The notes under the pieces were generated by a model. That model did not search any database and had not been told where the DNA came from. It saw only the letters and a list, made by a program, of their open reading frames with translations. Below are positions 43,509 to 54,789 of a stretch of 64,000 bases of DNA, piece by piece. Both the position numbers and the translations under genes were made by a program. This DNA is from a bacterium (GTDB lineage Bacteria > UBA4055), in NCBI GenBank assembly GCA_029559475.1, contig JAKQBN010000061.1, positions 3,488 to 67,487 of the forward strand. The letters run 5' to 3'. How positions within the stretch are numbered: the first letter of the stretch is position 1; each line of letters starts with the position of its first letter.

Positions 43509-45764
43509 CTAATCATCATCAGTCGAGGAAATTAGGACATCGCGGGACTTGGAACCCTGATGCGGTCCGACGACACCGTCCCTTTCAAGCTGATCAATAA
43601 GCTTTCCCGCCCTCGCGTAGCCTACGGACAGACCTCTCTGAAGCATCGAAACGGATGCCATCCCGGTTTTTATCACCATACGTTTAGCCTCTGCGTATTT
43701 GGGATCTTCAGATGCGGATCCTCCGAATTCATCCTCATCGCCACCCATCGCAGCTATCATTGCTGATGACGGTTTTGCCTTGATAGAAATTTTATCGAAA
43801 TCGTGCGGCTGTTTGGAAATATGATCTACGACTTTGTTGATCTCTTTGGTCTCTACAAGCGCGTTCTGGATCCTGACAAGATCTGATTCGCCCGGCGGAA
43901 TAAGAAGCATATCGCCTTTGCCGAGAAGAGATTCCGCGCCTTTACCGTCAAGAATAGTGCGCGAATCGACCTGACTGATCACCCTGAAAGCGATACGGGT
44001 CGGGAAATTCGCCTTGATCGATCCTGTAACGACTTTAACAGATGGTCTCTGGGTAGCCAGAACAAGATGGATCCCTATCGCCCTTGCCATCTGAGCGAGA
44101 CGGCAGATCGGATCCTCTACAGCTTTACCGGAGGTCATCATGAGATCGCCGTATTCATCCATAATACAAACAATGTAAGGCAGCTTTTTAAACGGTTCGC
44201 TTGTAAACTCATTCAGCTTCAGCTCGCCGGATTCGATCAGCGTGTTATACTCCTCGATATTCCTCGTACCGGACTGATTCAGAAGATCGTATCGTTTCTC
44301 CATTTCCGTAACGAGAGCTTCAAGCAGCCTCACAGCATCTTCGGGGCTGGTTACAACGGCATCGTCAATGCCGTCTATCTGAAGAAGATGGTGCTTGAGA
44401 AGGCCGGAATATACAGATAGCTCGACTTTTTTCGGATCTATCATGCAGAACTGCACTTCTTCCGGCGTGGCTCTGTAAAGGATCGAAACGATAAGTCCGT
44501 TAATGCAGACCGATTTACCTGATCCTGTCGAACCTGCTATTAAAAGATGAGGAGTTTTCGCGAGATCGAGAATATAGTTTTCGCCGTTGATCATCTTACC
44601 GAGTGCGATCGCGAGTTTCGATTTGTGCTTAGCGAATTTTTCGGATGAGATAATGGATTTTAAATATACGACCGAAGGATTCGAATTCGGTATCTCCACG
44701 CCTATTGTACCTTTACCTGGTATAGGAGCTACGATCCTGATGCTTTTCGCCTTTAAGGCCATAGCAAGGTCATCCTCTAAAGAAGTGACCCTCGATACTT
44801 TAACTCCCTTCGCAAGTTCAATTTCATACTGAGTGATCACCGGCCCGGGATTGATCTTCACGACCTTGGCCTCGAGAGAAAATTCTCTGAGTTTCTCTTC
44901 TAGCTTTACGCCCGTGTCTCTGAGTATCTGAGTATCTTCTATAATATTTGCATTGCTTTTAGATTCGTTCAGAAGTTCGATATCCGGCGGAACATATTTA
45001 TATTTCTTGTCTATCTTAGCCTTATATTCTACCGATCTTTCTATGACAGCTTCTTCGATCTTAAAATTATTTCCGTGATCTTTCTTTTCTGCTGATGCTG
45101 GGATAACCTGCGCAGGGATTATTTCAGTTTCTTCACTCTTTTCTTCCGCGGCTTTACTTGCCTCTTCTTCCTTTAACCTCATTTCTTTTTCTAGCTTTCT
45201 TTTAGCAAAGTACTTTCTGACAGAATTATAGATCCAATACAGAAACCTGAATGTTTTATCGAAAGGATAAATTATGAATCTTACTAGCTGAGTCAGCCTG
45301 AAGTTAGATATGAAGAGTACGATTATGAAAAAAAGTGCTAAAAGTGCGATGATGCTCCCGGAGTAACCGAGATATTCGATCATTTTTCTGCTGAATATAA
45401 ACCCTAGCAGCCCTAATATATCTCCGTACTCATACTGACTTGCGCTGAAAAATTCGCTGTCGGTGCCGTAATTCCAGACCCCGATGGCAGCCGATGCGGT
45501 CGAAGCAAGAACTATAAACGCAATAAAATTCTTTGCGTGCCTGAACGGTGATTCCATTTTTATGAAATGATAGCCTTCGACAAATAAAAATACCGGAATC
45601 AGGAAGCTGACTTTATCTCCGAATGTAAGAGAATATAAGAACTGCACCATGCCGCTGAATTTGCCGAGAGAATCCTTCGATATCAGACCGAAGAGTATTA
45701 AAAGACCGATCGCAATGAATATCACGCCGAATATATCATGAAGCTTTTCCCGAGTTAGTTTCAT
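43509..45764 (-). CDS. ftsK: DNA translocase FtsK
   Basis: N-terminal TM segments, Walker A GSTGSGKSVCINGLI, and a C-terminal gamma domain. Confidence 0.9.
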   Translation of the reverse strand: MKLTREKLHDIFGVIFIAIGLLILFGLISKDSLGKFSGMVQFLYSLTFGDKVSFLIPVFLFVEGYHFIKMESPFRHAKNFIAFIVLASTASAAIGVWNYGTDSEFFSASQYEYGDILGLLGFIFSRKMIEYLGYSGSIIALLALFFIIVLFISNFRLTQLVRFIIYPFDKTFRFLYWIYNSVRKYFAKRKLEKEMRLKEEEASKAAEEKSEETEIIPAQVIPASAEKKDHGNNFKIEEAVIERSVEYKAKIDKKYKYVPPDIELLNESKSNANIIEDTQILRDTGVKLEEKLREFSLEAKVVKINPGPVITQYEIELAKGVKVSRVTSLEDDLAMALKAKSIRIVAPIPGKGTIGVEIPNSNPSVVYLKSIISSEKFAKHKSKLAIALGKMINGENYILDLAKTPHLLIAGSTGSGKSVCINGLIVSILYRATPEEVQFCMIDPKKVELSVYSGLLKHHLLQIDGIDDAVVTSPEDAVRLLEALVTEMEKRYDLLNQSGTRNIEEYNTLIESGELKLNEFTSEPFKKLPYIVCIMDEYGDLMMTSGKAVEDPICRLAQMARAIGIHLVLATQRPSVKVVTGSIKANFPTRIAFRVISQVDSRTILDGKGAESLLGKGDMLLIPPGESDLVRIQNALVETKEINKVVDHISKQPHDFDKISIKAKPSSAMIAAMGGDEDEFGGSASEDPKYAEAKRMVIKTGMASVSMLQRGLSVGYARAGKLIDQLERDGVVGPHQGSKSRDVLISSTDDD

Positions 45765-45782
45765 TTTGCCTCTAAATCTGAA

Positions 45783-46562
45783 TTAATAAAATACTGCCGA
45801 CAGATAGCCTACAACTCCGGATCTGTCGCCTGATATATCGCCTGAATTCCTGTAGTCGAGCACTTCAGATTTTAGTCCCAGGCTGACCGCGCATTTGATT
45901 AGCGCTTCTATTCCTGTCATTCCGCAAGCCTCTCCGTTTTCGATCATCGAAAGATCAAGGCCGTTTATGCCGATGACAATATTGCTGTCGATCTTCCTGC
46001 ATTTTTCGTACGGATGGTAATGGCTGAGATCGGAGGATATTATAACAAGATCTTTGCCTTCTTCTATCACTGTATTAAGCACTTCGGAAAGTTTGTCGCT
46101 GCTGTAATCTCCGTAAACGAAAACGGAAATGCTTTCAGCATCAATGTATTTTTTTATGAACGGCAGCTGTATTTCCGCGCTGTGTTCGTAAAGATGCACT
46201 TGATCAATAGATGTCAGCATATGTTTTTTTACGAGCGAATCTGTCAGTTCCCGGTTTACTTTAAAATTCTTGCCTACGAACTGGTATTCGTCGAAGCCGG
46301 CACCGCTCATTCCGGAAAACGCCACTCTGTGAGAAGGGGCGAAGATCACCGCCGATCTGTATTTATACCCTTCCGCAGCTTTGTATGCGTATGTCGCCGT
46401 CAACCCGGAATAATACAGTCCCGCGTGAGGTGCTATCAGCGCTTTAGGCTTACCGTTTTTTTTCTGCTTTACCTGCGATCCGAAAGCGGACATCATTTCG
46501 TCGAGTTCGGCTTCATCTGACGGATAGAACGCGCCTTCTACTGCCGGATACCGTATTTTCAT
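45783..46562 (-). CDS. MEMO1-family protein (AmmeMemoRadiSam system protein B-like)
   Basis: YPAVEGAFYPSD...APHAGLYYSG are Memo-like extradiol-dioxygenase-fold motifs. Confidence 0.7.
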   Translation of the reverse strand: MKIRYPAVEGAFYPSDEAELDEMMSAFGSQVKQKKNGKPKALIAPHAGLYYSGLTATYAYKAAEGYKYRSAVIFAPSHRVAFSGMSGAGFDEYQFVGKNFKVNRELTDSLVKKHMLTSIDQVHLYEHSAEIQLPFIKKYIDAESISVFVYGDYSSDKLSEVLNTVIEEGKDLVIISSDLSHYHPYEKCRKIDSNIVIGINGLDLSMIENGEACGMTGIEALIKCAVSLGLKSEVLDYRNSGDISGDRSGVVGYLSAVFY

Positions 46563-47094
46563 GATGTCCTCCCGATAATTGTTACTGCTTTGTTTAAGCC
46601 GAAAGAAATATATTAAAGTTTATAATGTTTTACAATCTATAATTTGAAATAATTAATATGCTCGACATAACTTCATCTCAAAACGGACCCTGCCTCATCA
46701 GTCTGATCGCTTGTATATGGCTGATTTCGAACCTGCAGGTAAAGATGTGTAACGGGATCCGTTTTTATATGAATTATGTTTCGCTGCATAAACCATGGAG
46801 GTTATAAGTCGAGTCATATATTTTGAGAAGCAGGAACGCACCCAAGCGTTGTCTTTTGAACGAGCCATATTTCCGGAGAAAAAATATCAAAGATCGTGCC
46901 GATACGTGATTTTTTCAAATTATTTCATAATTAATGCAGACATTTTTTTGGAGGATATCATGGCGAGTGATATAAATTTCCGATATATGACAAATGTTGT
47001 TTTTATTTACCGAAATATTTATTAGATTTTTACGGAAAACTCTATTATATTGTAAAGTTTTCAAAATTGAAATAATAAATTAAAGGATAAAAAG

Positions 47095-49659
47095 ATGAAG
47101 ATCAGGATCGCAATGCTAACGCTGTTATTCGCCGCGTCACTGTTCGGAGCTATGCTCAGGAACATACCTTTTTCAGTCACTCAGCCGGACGGAACAAAAC
47201 TCGACTTGTTCAGTTCGGGAGATGAATACTTCAACAGGCTCCACGACCAAAACGATTACACGATAATACAGGGAGACGACGGCTGGTACTACTACGGGAT
47301 AAATTCAGGAGATGAAGTAATCCCTTCAAAACACATCCTTGGAAAAATAAACCCTGCTCTTACCGGCATACCTTCAGGCGTAAAGATCTCTGAAAAATTA
47401 TACAGGCAGAAAGTTGAAACAAAAAGATCGGTAAAGAACGGTCAGAAAGACGCGCCGACAACGGGGACAATAAACAATCTAGTTATCTTCATTAGATTCT
47501 CAGATGAAGGGTCAACGATATTCAACAGACAGCGCTCATACTACGATGCTTATTTCAACAAATCGGAGGGACCTTCGCTTCAGCACTACTATAAAGAAGT
47601 TTCGTATAACAGACTTGAAGTAAACACAATTTATTACCCTCACGTAGATGACTTCTCAACTAACCTGTCTTATCAGGACACTCAGCCGAGAGGATATTTC
47701 CAGCCATATAATGCAACGACCAATCCTATCGGCTACCAGAACGACAGTCAGAGCACTACTAGAGAGCATGAACTTCTTGAAAGGGCGGTGAATGCCGTAG
47801 CAGCTGAAGTACCGACATCACTCGACATCGATGCTGACGGTGACGGAAACGTGGATAACGTAATATTTCTTATAAGCGGCGCACCCGGAGAATGGGCATC
47901 TTTACTCTGGCCTCATATGTGGTACCTTTACACAAAAAACGTTACAATAAACAGAAAAAGAGTCTGGAACTACAATTTCGATCTAACAGGAACCACGACA
48001 TATTTTACTGTCGGTGTTATAGCCCATGAATTCTTTCACACACTCGGTGCACCGGATCTTTATCATTACTACAATGATACCGCACCTGATGCGGTAGGAT
48101 CCTGGGATGTTATGAACGGCACATCAAATCCGCCTCAGTACATGGGAGCCTGGATGAAATACAAATACGGCCACTGGATAGATACTCTGCATGTCGCGGA
48201 TTCACCCGGAACATATACTTTAAATCCGCTTCATTCAGAAACGCGCAACATTTACAAGATCCCTTCCCCCGCCTCTTTAAACGAATTCTTTATACTCGAA
48301 TACAGGAAACAGACCGGTCTTTATGAGCCGGGACTTCCCGGAACTGCCAGCGGGATTTTGATCTACAGGATTAATTCAAATTACGACGGTAATGCTGACG
48401 GTCCGCCGGATGAAGTTTATTTGTTCAGGCCGAACGGAACGTTAACTGCGTCAGGACAGCTTTCCAGTGCTATCTTCAGCGCGGAAACCGGAAGAACCGA
48501 TTTTAACTTTTCCACAAATCCTTACCCGTTCCTTTCGGACGGTTCCGACGGCGATATCAATATAACCAATATCACTTCGGCTGGCGAGACGATATCGTTC
48601 ACTATCTCCTTGAACGTACTTCCGCCTAAAAACCTTGTGTCTTCTCTCGGTTACGGGAGCGTAGAACTCAACTGGACTGAACCCGATCCTGTTGCGGGAG
48701 CATCGGTATCGAAATATTACGTTTACAGGGACGGATTACTATTATCGGATGCTGTTACAGAAACTAGATATATTGACAATACCGTAACTGAAAGTTCGAC
48801 TTATGTTTATTCAGTATCCGCTTATTATACAGGCGGATCGACAGGCGAATCAATGACCGTTTCTTCAGGATCTGTAACCTACAAAGCTCCTTTCGCAGCG
48901 CCCTATTCGACAGATTTCGCAGACGCGGCGGACTGGTCTCAGGTATCGGAGAACTGCACTCCGAGATGGGAATCTTCTTCTACATCGAACGCTGGAGGTT
49001 CTTCTCCGGAAATGATCGCCGTACTTGAAAATTTCAATCCGGCAGTTTCCAGACTACTAACGCCTCCTATCTCGACGACCGGTATAGACACTTTGAGAAT
49101 ATCATTTAAGCATTATTATGATGCCTACGAGGCCGGCGTTGATTATAAAGTTCAGATAAGTCAGAATAAATACGACTGGACTGACACTCCCTGGTCTTTT
49201 TCAGCTTCGGACGCAGACGTTGGACCCGAAACGGTCGTTCTTGATATTGTATCTTTCCCCGACCCTGTTTATGTAGCATGGACACTGGACGGCAACCAAT
49301 GGGCTTACGACGGCTGGTACATTGACGATGTCAGAGTTTCTGCAAAGAACCCGACATCTGTTAACGATGTCGCTGTTCCAAGTGAAATAAAACTTTACGG
49401 GAACTATCCCAATCCTTTCAATCCGGAGACAACCATATCGTTCAGCATTCCTGAAAACTCTTACACCGAACTCAAGATCTTTGACATGAAAGGTTCTCTA
49501 GTAAGAACTCTTGTTTCAGGACAGCTCAAAGCCGGGCTTCACAAAATGAAATGGGACGGAAGAGACGATCGCGATAGTCAGCTTTCCAGCGGCGTGTATT
49601 ACATTTCTCTGAACGTGAAGGGCGAAAGGCTGATAAGCAGATCGCTGATGATAAAATAA
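47095..49659 (+). CDS. M6-family (immune inhibitor A-like) metallopeptidase with T9SS C-terminal sorting domain
   Basis: Signal peptide. HEFFHTLGAPDLYHY (HExxH...D-Y of M6). The C-terminus LYGNYPNPFNPETTISF...GVYYISLNVKGERLISRSLMIK is a Por tail. Confidence 0.75.
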   Translation: MKIRIAMLTLLFAASLFGAMLRNIPFSVTQPDGTKLDLFSSGDEYFNRLHDQNDYTIIQGDDGWYYYGINSGDEVIPSKHILGKINPALTGIPSGVKISEKLYRQKVETKRSVKNGQKDAPTTGTINNLVIFIRFSDEGSTIFNRQRSYYDAYFNKSEGPSLQHYYKEVSYNRLEVNTIYYPHVDDFSTNLSYQDTQPRGYFQPYNATTNPIGYQNDSQSTTREHELLERAVNAVAAEVPTSLDIDADGDGNVDNVIFLISGAPGEWASLLWPHMWYLYTKNVTINRKRVWNYNFDLTGTTTYFTVGVIAHEFFHTLGAPDLYHYYNDTAPDAVGSWDVMNGTSNPPQYMGAWMKYKYGHWIDTLHVADSPGTYTLNPLHSETRNIYKIPSPASLNEFFILEYRKQTGLYEPGLPGTASGILIYRINSNYDGNADGPPDEVYLFRPNGTLTASGQLSSAIFSAETGRTDFNFSTNPYPFLSDGSDGDINITNITSAGETISFTISLNVLPPKNLVSSLGYGSVELNWTEPDPVAGASVSKYYVYRDGLLLSDAVTETRYIDNTVTESSTYVYSVSAYYTGGSTGESMTVSSGSVTYKAPFAAPYSTDFADAADWSQVSENCTPRWESSSTSNAGGSSPEMIAVLENFNPAVSRLLTPPISTTGIDTLRISFKHYYDAYEAGVDYKVQISQNKYDWTDTPWSFSASDADVGPETVVLDIVSFPDPVYVAWTLDGNQWAYDGWYIDDVRVSAKNPTSVNDVAVPSEIKLYGNYPNPFNPETTISFSIPENSYTELKIFDMKGSLVRTLVSGQLKAGLHKMKWDGRDDRDSQLSSGVYYISLNVKGERLISRSLMIK

Positions 49660-49678
49660 ATCTATAACGGAGTAACCT

Positions 49679-52450
49679 ATGATCCGCCTCATATTTGCAT
49701 TGATCCTGATTTTATCACTGACTACGGAATCAGCTGAACTTGTAAATTTGAATCCTGACCCGAAAGGCGAAAAATGGATCGCCGGAGGGTTTAAAGCACC
49801 TGACAACTTCGACAGGTCTAAGCTTGATTTTATAGCTCCGCACGCAGTTAAGCACAGAGAACTTCCCTTTCGTGTAGACAATTCTCTTCATAAATATTTC
49901 AGACCTATATTCAATCAGGTCGGCGGAAGCTGTTCGCAGGCGGCGGGAGTCGGATATACCTATACTTATGAAATAGACAGGCTGAGAGACGTTCCTGCCA
50001 ATTTACCTGAAAACCAGTATCCCACGCATTTTACATATAATTTTCTTAACGACGGAAGCGGCGAGAACGGATCGTGGTGGGCTGACGGCTGGGATATTAT
50101 CAGTTCTTCTGGGATAATGAATATCAAGGATTACGGCGGATCGTTCGCGACAGGCGGGAACTCAAGATGGATCTCAGGCATTGCACCGTGGACTAATGGT
50201 CAGGTGAACAGGATAGCGTCATACACTTCGATCGATGTGGGAACGCCCGAAGGATTGAATGTTCTGAAAGGCTGGCTTTACGATCATAATGAAAATTCCC
50301 CGTACGGCGGACTTGCTGTATTCGCGGCAGGAGCGACCGGATATTCAGAGAAACTTCTTCCCGCAGGAACGTACGAAGCAGGAAAAAAGGTTATAACGAA
50401 ATGGGGGCCTGAGGTCAATCACGCCATGACCTACGTAGGATACGACGACAGCGTCAGATTCGATTATAACGGTGACGGCAGATATACGAACGATGTCGAT
50501 ATTAACCGTGACCATGTAGTTGACATGCATGACTGGGAAATCGGCGCGGTGATAGTCGCTAACAGCTGGGGTGATTCGTTCGGCGATTCCGGATTTATAT
50601 ATCAGATGTACAAACTTCTTGCAGATTCGTATGAAAACGGCGGAATTTTCTATTCTTTTGTCGATGTAGTTACTCCACAGATCGTAGATCAGCCGCGATG
50701 GTCGGTCGAAGTAAAAATGAAACATGAACAGAGGAACACTTACAGGATAAGTTCAGGTGCTTCGCAGAATATATATTCTTCTTCACCATCAAACACTTAC
50801 ACTTACCCCTTTATGAAAAATCAGGGCGGAACATTTTATCCTCAGGGTATTAAGACCGAAGCGAACAAATATATTGAGTTCGCGATTGACATAACAGGAA
50901 TAGTCGGGCATATCGATCCTTCAAGGCCGTTCAGATACTATTTCATGCTAGACGAGAACGATGTTTATAATAAATATGACGGAGAAATAATCGATGTCGC
51001 GGTAATTGATAATCTGACAGGGCGAAGATATTATAACACATCGGGCAGCACTCCTGTAGTAAATCATGGAAAAACTACCATTTCGGTAATTATAGACGAA
51101 AATACATTCGTACCGGAATGTCTGACAGCATATGCAGGCGACGGCATTGTAAAGCTGAACTGGTCGGCACCTGAATTAAGATCCACAGAATTCGAGAGTT
51201 TCAGCGTTTACCGTGACGGTTCTCTTTTAGAATCGGGTCTGACAGAATGTTCATATATCGATCAGGATGTTACAAACGGAAATTTATATACATACAAAGT
51301 AGCCGCTGTATTCTCGGGAACTTTTACGGGAGAAATAATGTCGTTTCAGGTTCAGGCTATGCCGAATGATCCTTCAGCTCTTCCCTATTTTACCGACTTT
51401 GAAGAGGGTGCGGACGGATGGACATTTTCAAATCTTCTTACTACAGGCTGGCTCATAGGAGACACTTCATTCGGTTCAGAATACTGTGATTATACAGGAA
51501 ACGACACACAGTTCCTTCTTGCCAATCCGGACGGTGCCGGGGACAAAACAGTTGTGATAGATCATGCGGTGTCTCCGTTATTAAATATTAGTTACTACAG
51601 CGGTCTGAGCCTCGAATTCGATTATATTCTTAATAACGAATCAGACGAATTCTACTTCTGCGATATTTCTGTAATGTATAGAACCGGCCTTGATCAGGAA
51701 TGGGTGCTTCTGGAACAGCTTTCAGACGCGGACAGCTGGACACACAAAGCAATTAATATCCCTGTCGAAGCCTCGGCCTCGAACTGCACTCAGATATCTT
51801 TCTTTATCGATAACCATTATCAGTGGTCAATGGGCGGGGGAGGTATAGACAACGTTCAATTGAACGGAACTATGAACACCATTGCTCCGGTGATAACTGA
51901 ATTCGCTCCGGAAAATCCTCAGATATCGCTCAGCACATACGAAAGCGTTCAGTTCTCGGTCACAGCAGAAGATCCTGATACAGGATCTTCCGGACTGCAG
52001 TATTTGTGGTACGTCGACGATATATTGGCTCAGTCGGGGAATTCATCGGGGTTCTTATCAGGATTTGAAAAGGCCGGCAGCTATGAAATAAAGGCTGTTG
52101 TTACTGACGGCTACAGTGAAGATTCCATGACCTGGACCGTAATGCAGACCGGAACTGATGAGAACGTTCCTCTTACCACCGAACTTTATCAGAACTATCC
52201 TAATCCGTTCAATCCCGATACTGTGATACGATTCGATAATTCAAGAGCTTCATCAGTTAAGCTGGTAATATATAACTGCAGCGGACAGAACGTGAGGACG
52301 CTTGTTAAAGGAAATCTCGCAGCCGGTAAATATTCTTTTATATGGGACGGAAAGGATTTTAAAGGCGCTTCTCTTTCATCCGGAGTCTATTATTACAGGA
52401 TAGAAGCTGATTCTTATATAAAAAGCCATAAAATGATGCTTTTTAAATGA
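49679..52450 (+). CDS. Papain-like (C1 family) cysteine peptidase with T9SS C-terminal sorting domain
   Basis: The catalytic triad contexts are NQVGGSCSQAAG (Cys), VNHAMTYVGYDDS (His) and IVANSWGDSFGDSGFIY (Asn). The C-terminus LYQNYPNPFNPDTVIRF...GVYYYRIEA. Confidence 0.7.
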   Translation: MIRLIFALILILSLTTESAELVNLNPDPKGEKWIAGGFKAPDNFDRSKLDFIAPHAVKHRELPFRVDNSLHKYFRPIFNQVGGSCSQAAGVGYTYTYEIDRLRDVPANLPENQYPTHFTYNFLNDGSGENGSWWADGWDIISSSGIMNIKDYGGSFATGGNSRWISGIAPWTNGQVNRIASYTSIDVGTPEGLNVLKGWLYDHNENSPYGGLAVFAAGATGYSEKLLPAGTYEAGKKVITKWGPEVNHAMTYVGYDDSVRFDYNGDGRYTNDVDINRDHVVDMHDWEIGAVIVANSWGDSFGDSGFIYQMYKLLADSYENGGIFYSFVDVVTPQIVDQPRWSVEVKMKHEQRNTYRISSGASQNIYSSSPSNTYTYPFMKNQGGTFYPQGIKTEANKYIEFAIDITGIVGHIDPSRPFRYYFMLDENDVYNKYDGEIIDVAVIDNLTGRRYYNTSGSTPVVNHGKTTISVIIDENTFVPECLTAYAGDGIVKLNWSAPELRSTEFESFSVYRDGSLLESGLTECSYIDQDVTNGNLYTYKVAAVFSGTFTGEIMSFQVQAMPNDPSALPYFTDFEEGADGWTFSNLLTTGWLIGDTSFGSEYCDYTGNDTQFLLANPDGAGDKTVVIDHAVSPLLNISYYSGLSLEFDYILNNESDEFYFCDISVMYRTGLDQEWVLLEQLSDADSWTHKAINIPVEASASNCTQISFFIDNHYQWSMGGGGIDNVQLNGTMNTIAPVITEFAPENPQISLSTYESVQFSVTAEDPDTGSSGLQYLWYVDDILAQSGNSSGFLSGFEKAGSYEIKAVVTDGYSEDSMTWTVMQTGTDENVPLTTELYQNYPNPFNPDTVIRFDNSRASSVKLVIYNCSGQNVRTLVKGNLAAGKYSFIWDGKDFKGASLSSGVYYYRIEADSYIKSHKMMLFK

Positions 52451-53091
52451 TAGAACTGAACAGATACATCGAACATACTGTGCTTAAACAAGGAATTACC
52501 GAATCCCTCATAAGGGATAATTTCGAGCTTTGCACCGGATATGGACTTCCTGTCTTCGTTATACCGCCGGCAATGGTAAAATTCGCTTCCTCGTTAAGGT
52601 TCGACAAAGCCGTATCTATCTGCACGGTCATTGGTTTCCCTCTCGGATATAATACGCACAAAACCAAAATGTACGAGATCTCGGACGCCATCGAGAAAGG
52701 CGCGGATCATATCGACCTTGTGATCAATAACAGCATTATTAAAGACGCCGCCTGGGACAGATTTGATGCCGAAATGGCTGAATACAGGAAAGCCTGCAGC
52801 GGTAAAATTCTAAAAATAATAGTCGAGACATCCATTATCACCAGAAACGAGCTTGACAGGATTGCTCAGACCCTTGTGAACAACGGGATCGATTATATTA
52901 AAACATCTACCGGAATGGTCGGCGACGGTGCGAAACTCGACGACATTAAATTCCTTAAAGAATATTACGGAAATAAGATAAAGATCAAAGCTTCAGGCGG
53001 AATTAAAACAAAGGAACAAGTATTAGAGTTCATCGAAGCCGGAGCTGACAAAATAGGCACATCATCAGCAAAACAGATCCTGGAAAATTAA
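52447..53091 (+). CDS. deoC: Deoxyribose-phosphate aldolase
   Basis: Lys-bearing IDLVINN and KASGGIKT motifs. 214 aa. Confidence 0.9.
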   Translation: MIELNRYIEHTVLKQGITESLIRDNFELCTGYGLPVFVIPPAMVKFASSLRFDKAVSICTVIGFPLGYNTHKTKMYEISDAIEKGADHIDLVINNSIIKDAAWDRFDAEMAEYRKACSGKILKIIVETSIITRNELDRIAQTLVNNGIDYIKTSTGMVGDGAKLDDIKFLKEYYGNKIKIKASGGIKTKEQVLEFIEAGADKIGTSSAKQILEN

Positions 53092-53262
53092 TAATTAGTT
53101 CATAGATTTACTTAAGTCTAACATACATCCATTTTGAAAGATAAGAATTTATGTGATTTATTTATGCATAACAAACAGGTTCAAAATTCAATACAGTTGC
53201 GTCTGTAAAAAAAAATCATTATTATTACTATTGTGTTTAATCTTACAAGAGGAAGGTAGAAT

Positions 53263-54702
53263 ATGAAAATTAAATTTATTACCGTATTAATGATGGTTTT
53301 TGCAGCGTTGTTGTATTCCGTCACCTCGCATGATCTTTACAATACTGCCTGTAATTTTATTACAGTACACAAATTAAACATAAACGCCTCTCAAAATCAT
53401 CATGAGCTAATAAATGGCGAAGTTTGCCTTGCTTACGCATATTCTTGCTACCCTACAGGTTTCGTGGTTGTCTGCGCTGATGATAAACTGCCGCCGGTGA
53501 TCGCATACAGCGACAGGAACGACTTCGATCCTGCCTCTCCGCTCGCATCTCTATTGAAAGCCGACCTCTCGAAACGGCTCGAGAATTATGAGAAAATGGA
53601 TAGCTCTGAAAAAGAAAAGATAAGTGAAAAATGGGAGTTTTTATCAAATGATAAATCTACTCCTGAATATGAGCAGTGGCCGCCCGAGGGGACGACTTCG
53701 ACAGGCGGATGGACCGAGACCAGATGGAATCAGGGTGCGCCTTATAATAAATTCTGCCCGATGGATCTTTCCTCCAATTCACGATCATATACAGGCTGTC
53801 CTGCTACCGCTATGTCCCAGCTTTTAAATTATCATAAACAACTGAACGGAACACGTTTTCAGTACCGAAAAGACAGGTATTATCACAGTTATACCCAGAA
53901 TTTTTGGATAGATGATGCCAGCGAGACTTACGGTTTTCTCGATTTTGATCAAACAAATATTTATCTGGACAGCATAGAATCAAAATGGGCTGAAGGCAGG
54001 ACCATTAATACTGACGATATCGCCGCATTGAACTGGGCCTGCGGTATCGCTACAAAATCGGTTTTTTCAGCATCAGGCTCCGGAACATTCGGCGTTGATC
54101 AGGCTTATGACGCTTATAAAAGATTCGGATTTATGAACTGTGTTCTCATGGGCAGCGTATATTCAGATAAGGATATAAAAACTAAAATGGCCGATAACAT
54201 AAAGGTCGGATTACCTGTGCATCTCGCTACAGTTGACGAAGCATGGTCATCAGGACACAACGTTGTTTGCGACGGATATAATACGGATGATTATTTCAGG
54301 CTGAATTTCGGATGGGGCGGCAGCGCTGACGGATGGTACAGCCTGCCCGAGGGGTTCCCCTATTCCCTGACCGTATTTGAAGGGATTGTCGCCGATATAA
54401 ACCTGCCTACTGGAATTGAAGAATATCCAGCCCTCGCGACCGGCTTTGATCTTTACCAGAACTACCCTAATCCGTTCAACCCGGCGACCGAAATAAAGTT
54501 CAGCCTTGCTGTAGACGCTAAAGTGAACCTCTCCGTTTACAACACCAACGGCCAGCTTGTACACACTCTCCTTGACGGTAAGACGGAAAAAGGTTATCAT
54601 ACAGTCAACTTCGATGCCTCAGAACTAAATTCAGGAATGTACCTGTACAGGCTCGATGTTAACGGAAATTTGCAGACAAGAAAAATGATAATGTTGAAAT
54701 AA
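53263..54702 (+). CDS. C10-family (streptopain-like) cysteine peptidase with T9SS C-terminal sorting domain
   Basis: WNQGAPYNKFCP...YTGCPATAMSQLLNYHK matches the SpeB active-site Cys context. The C-terminus LYQNYPNPFNPATEIKF...GMYLYRLDVNGNLQTRKMIMLK. Confidence 0.75.
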   Translation: MKIKFITVLMMVFAALLYSVTSHDLYNTACNFITVHKLNINASQNHHELINGEVCLAYAYSCYPTGFVVVCADDKLPPVIAYSDRNDFDPASPLASLLKADLSKRLENYEKMDSSEKEKISEKWEFLSNDKSTPEYEQWPPEGTTSTGGWTETRWNQGAPYNKFCPMDLSSNSRSYTGCPATAMSQLLNYHKQLNGTRFQYRKDRYYHSYTQNFWIDDASETYGFLDFDQTNIYLDSIESKWAEGRTINTDDIAALNWACGIATKSVFSASGSGTFGVDQAYDAYKRFGFMNCVLMGSVYSDKDIKTKMADNIKVGLPVHLATVDEAWSSGHNVVCDGYNTDDYFRLNFGWGGSADGWYSLPEGFPYSLTVFEGIVADINLPTGIEEYPALATGFDLYQNYPNPFNPATEIKFSLAVDAKVNLSVYNTNGQLVHTLLDGKTEKGYHTVNFDASELNSGMYLYRLDVNGNLQTRKMIMLK

Positions 54703-54789
54703 TATTTCAGTATTTTCTTAAAATTACTTGATTTTAATGCGTTCTGTGCCTATATTGTATATACGTAAAATTTGAAATTAGGAGTAATT

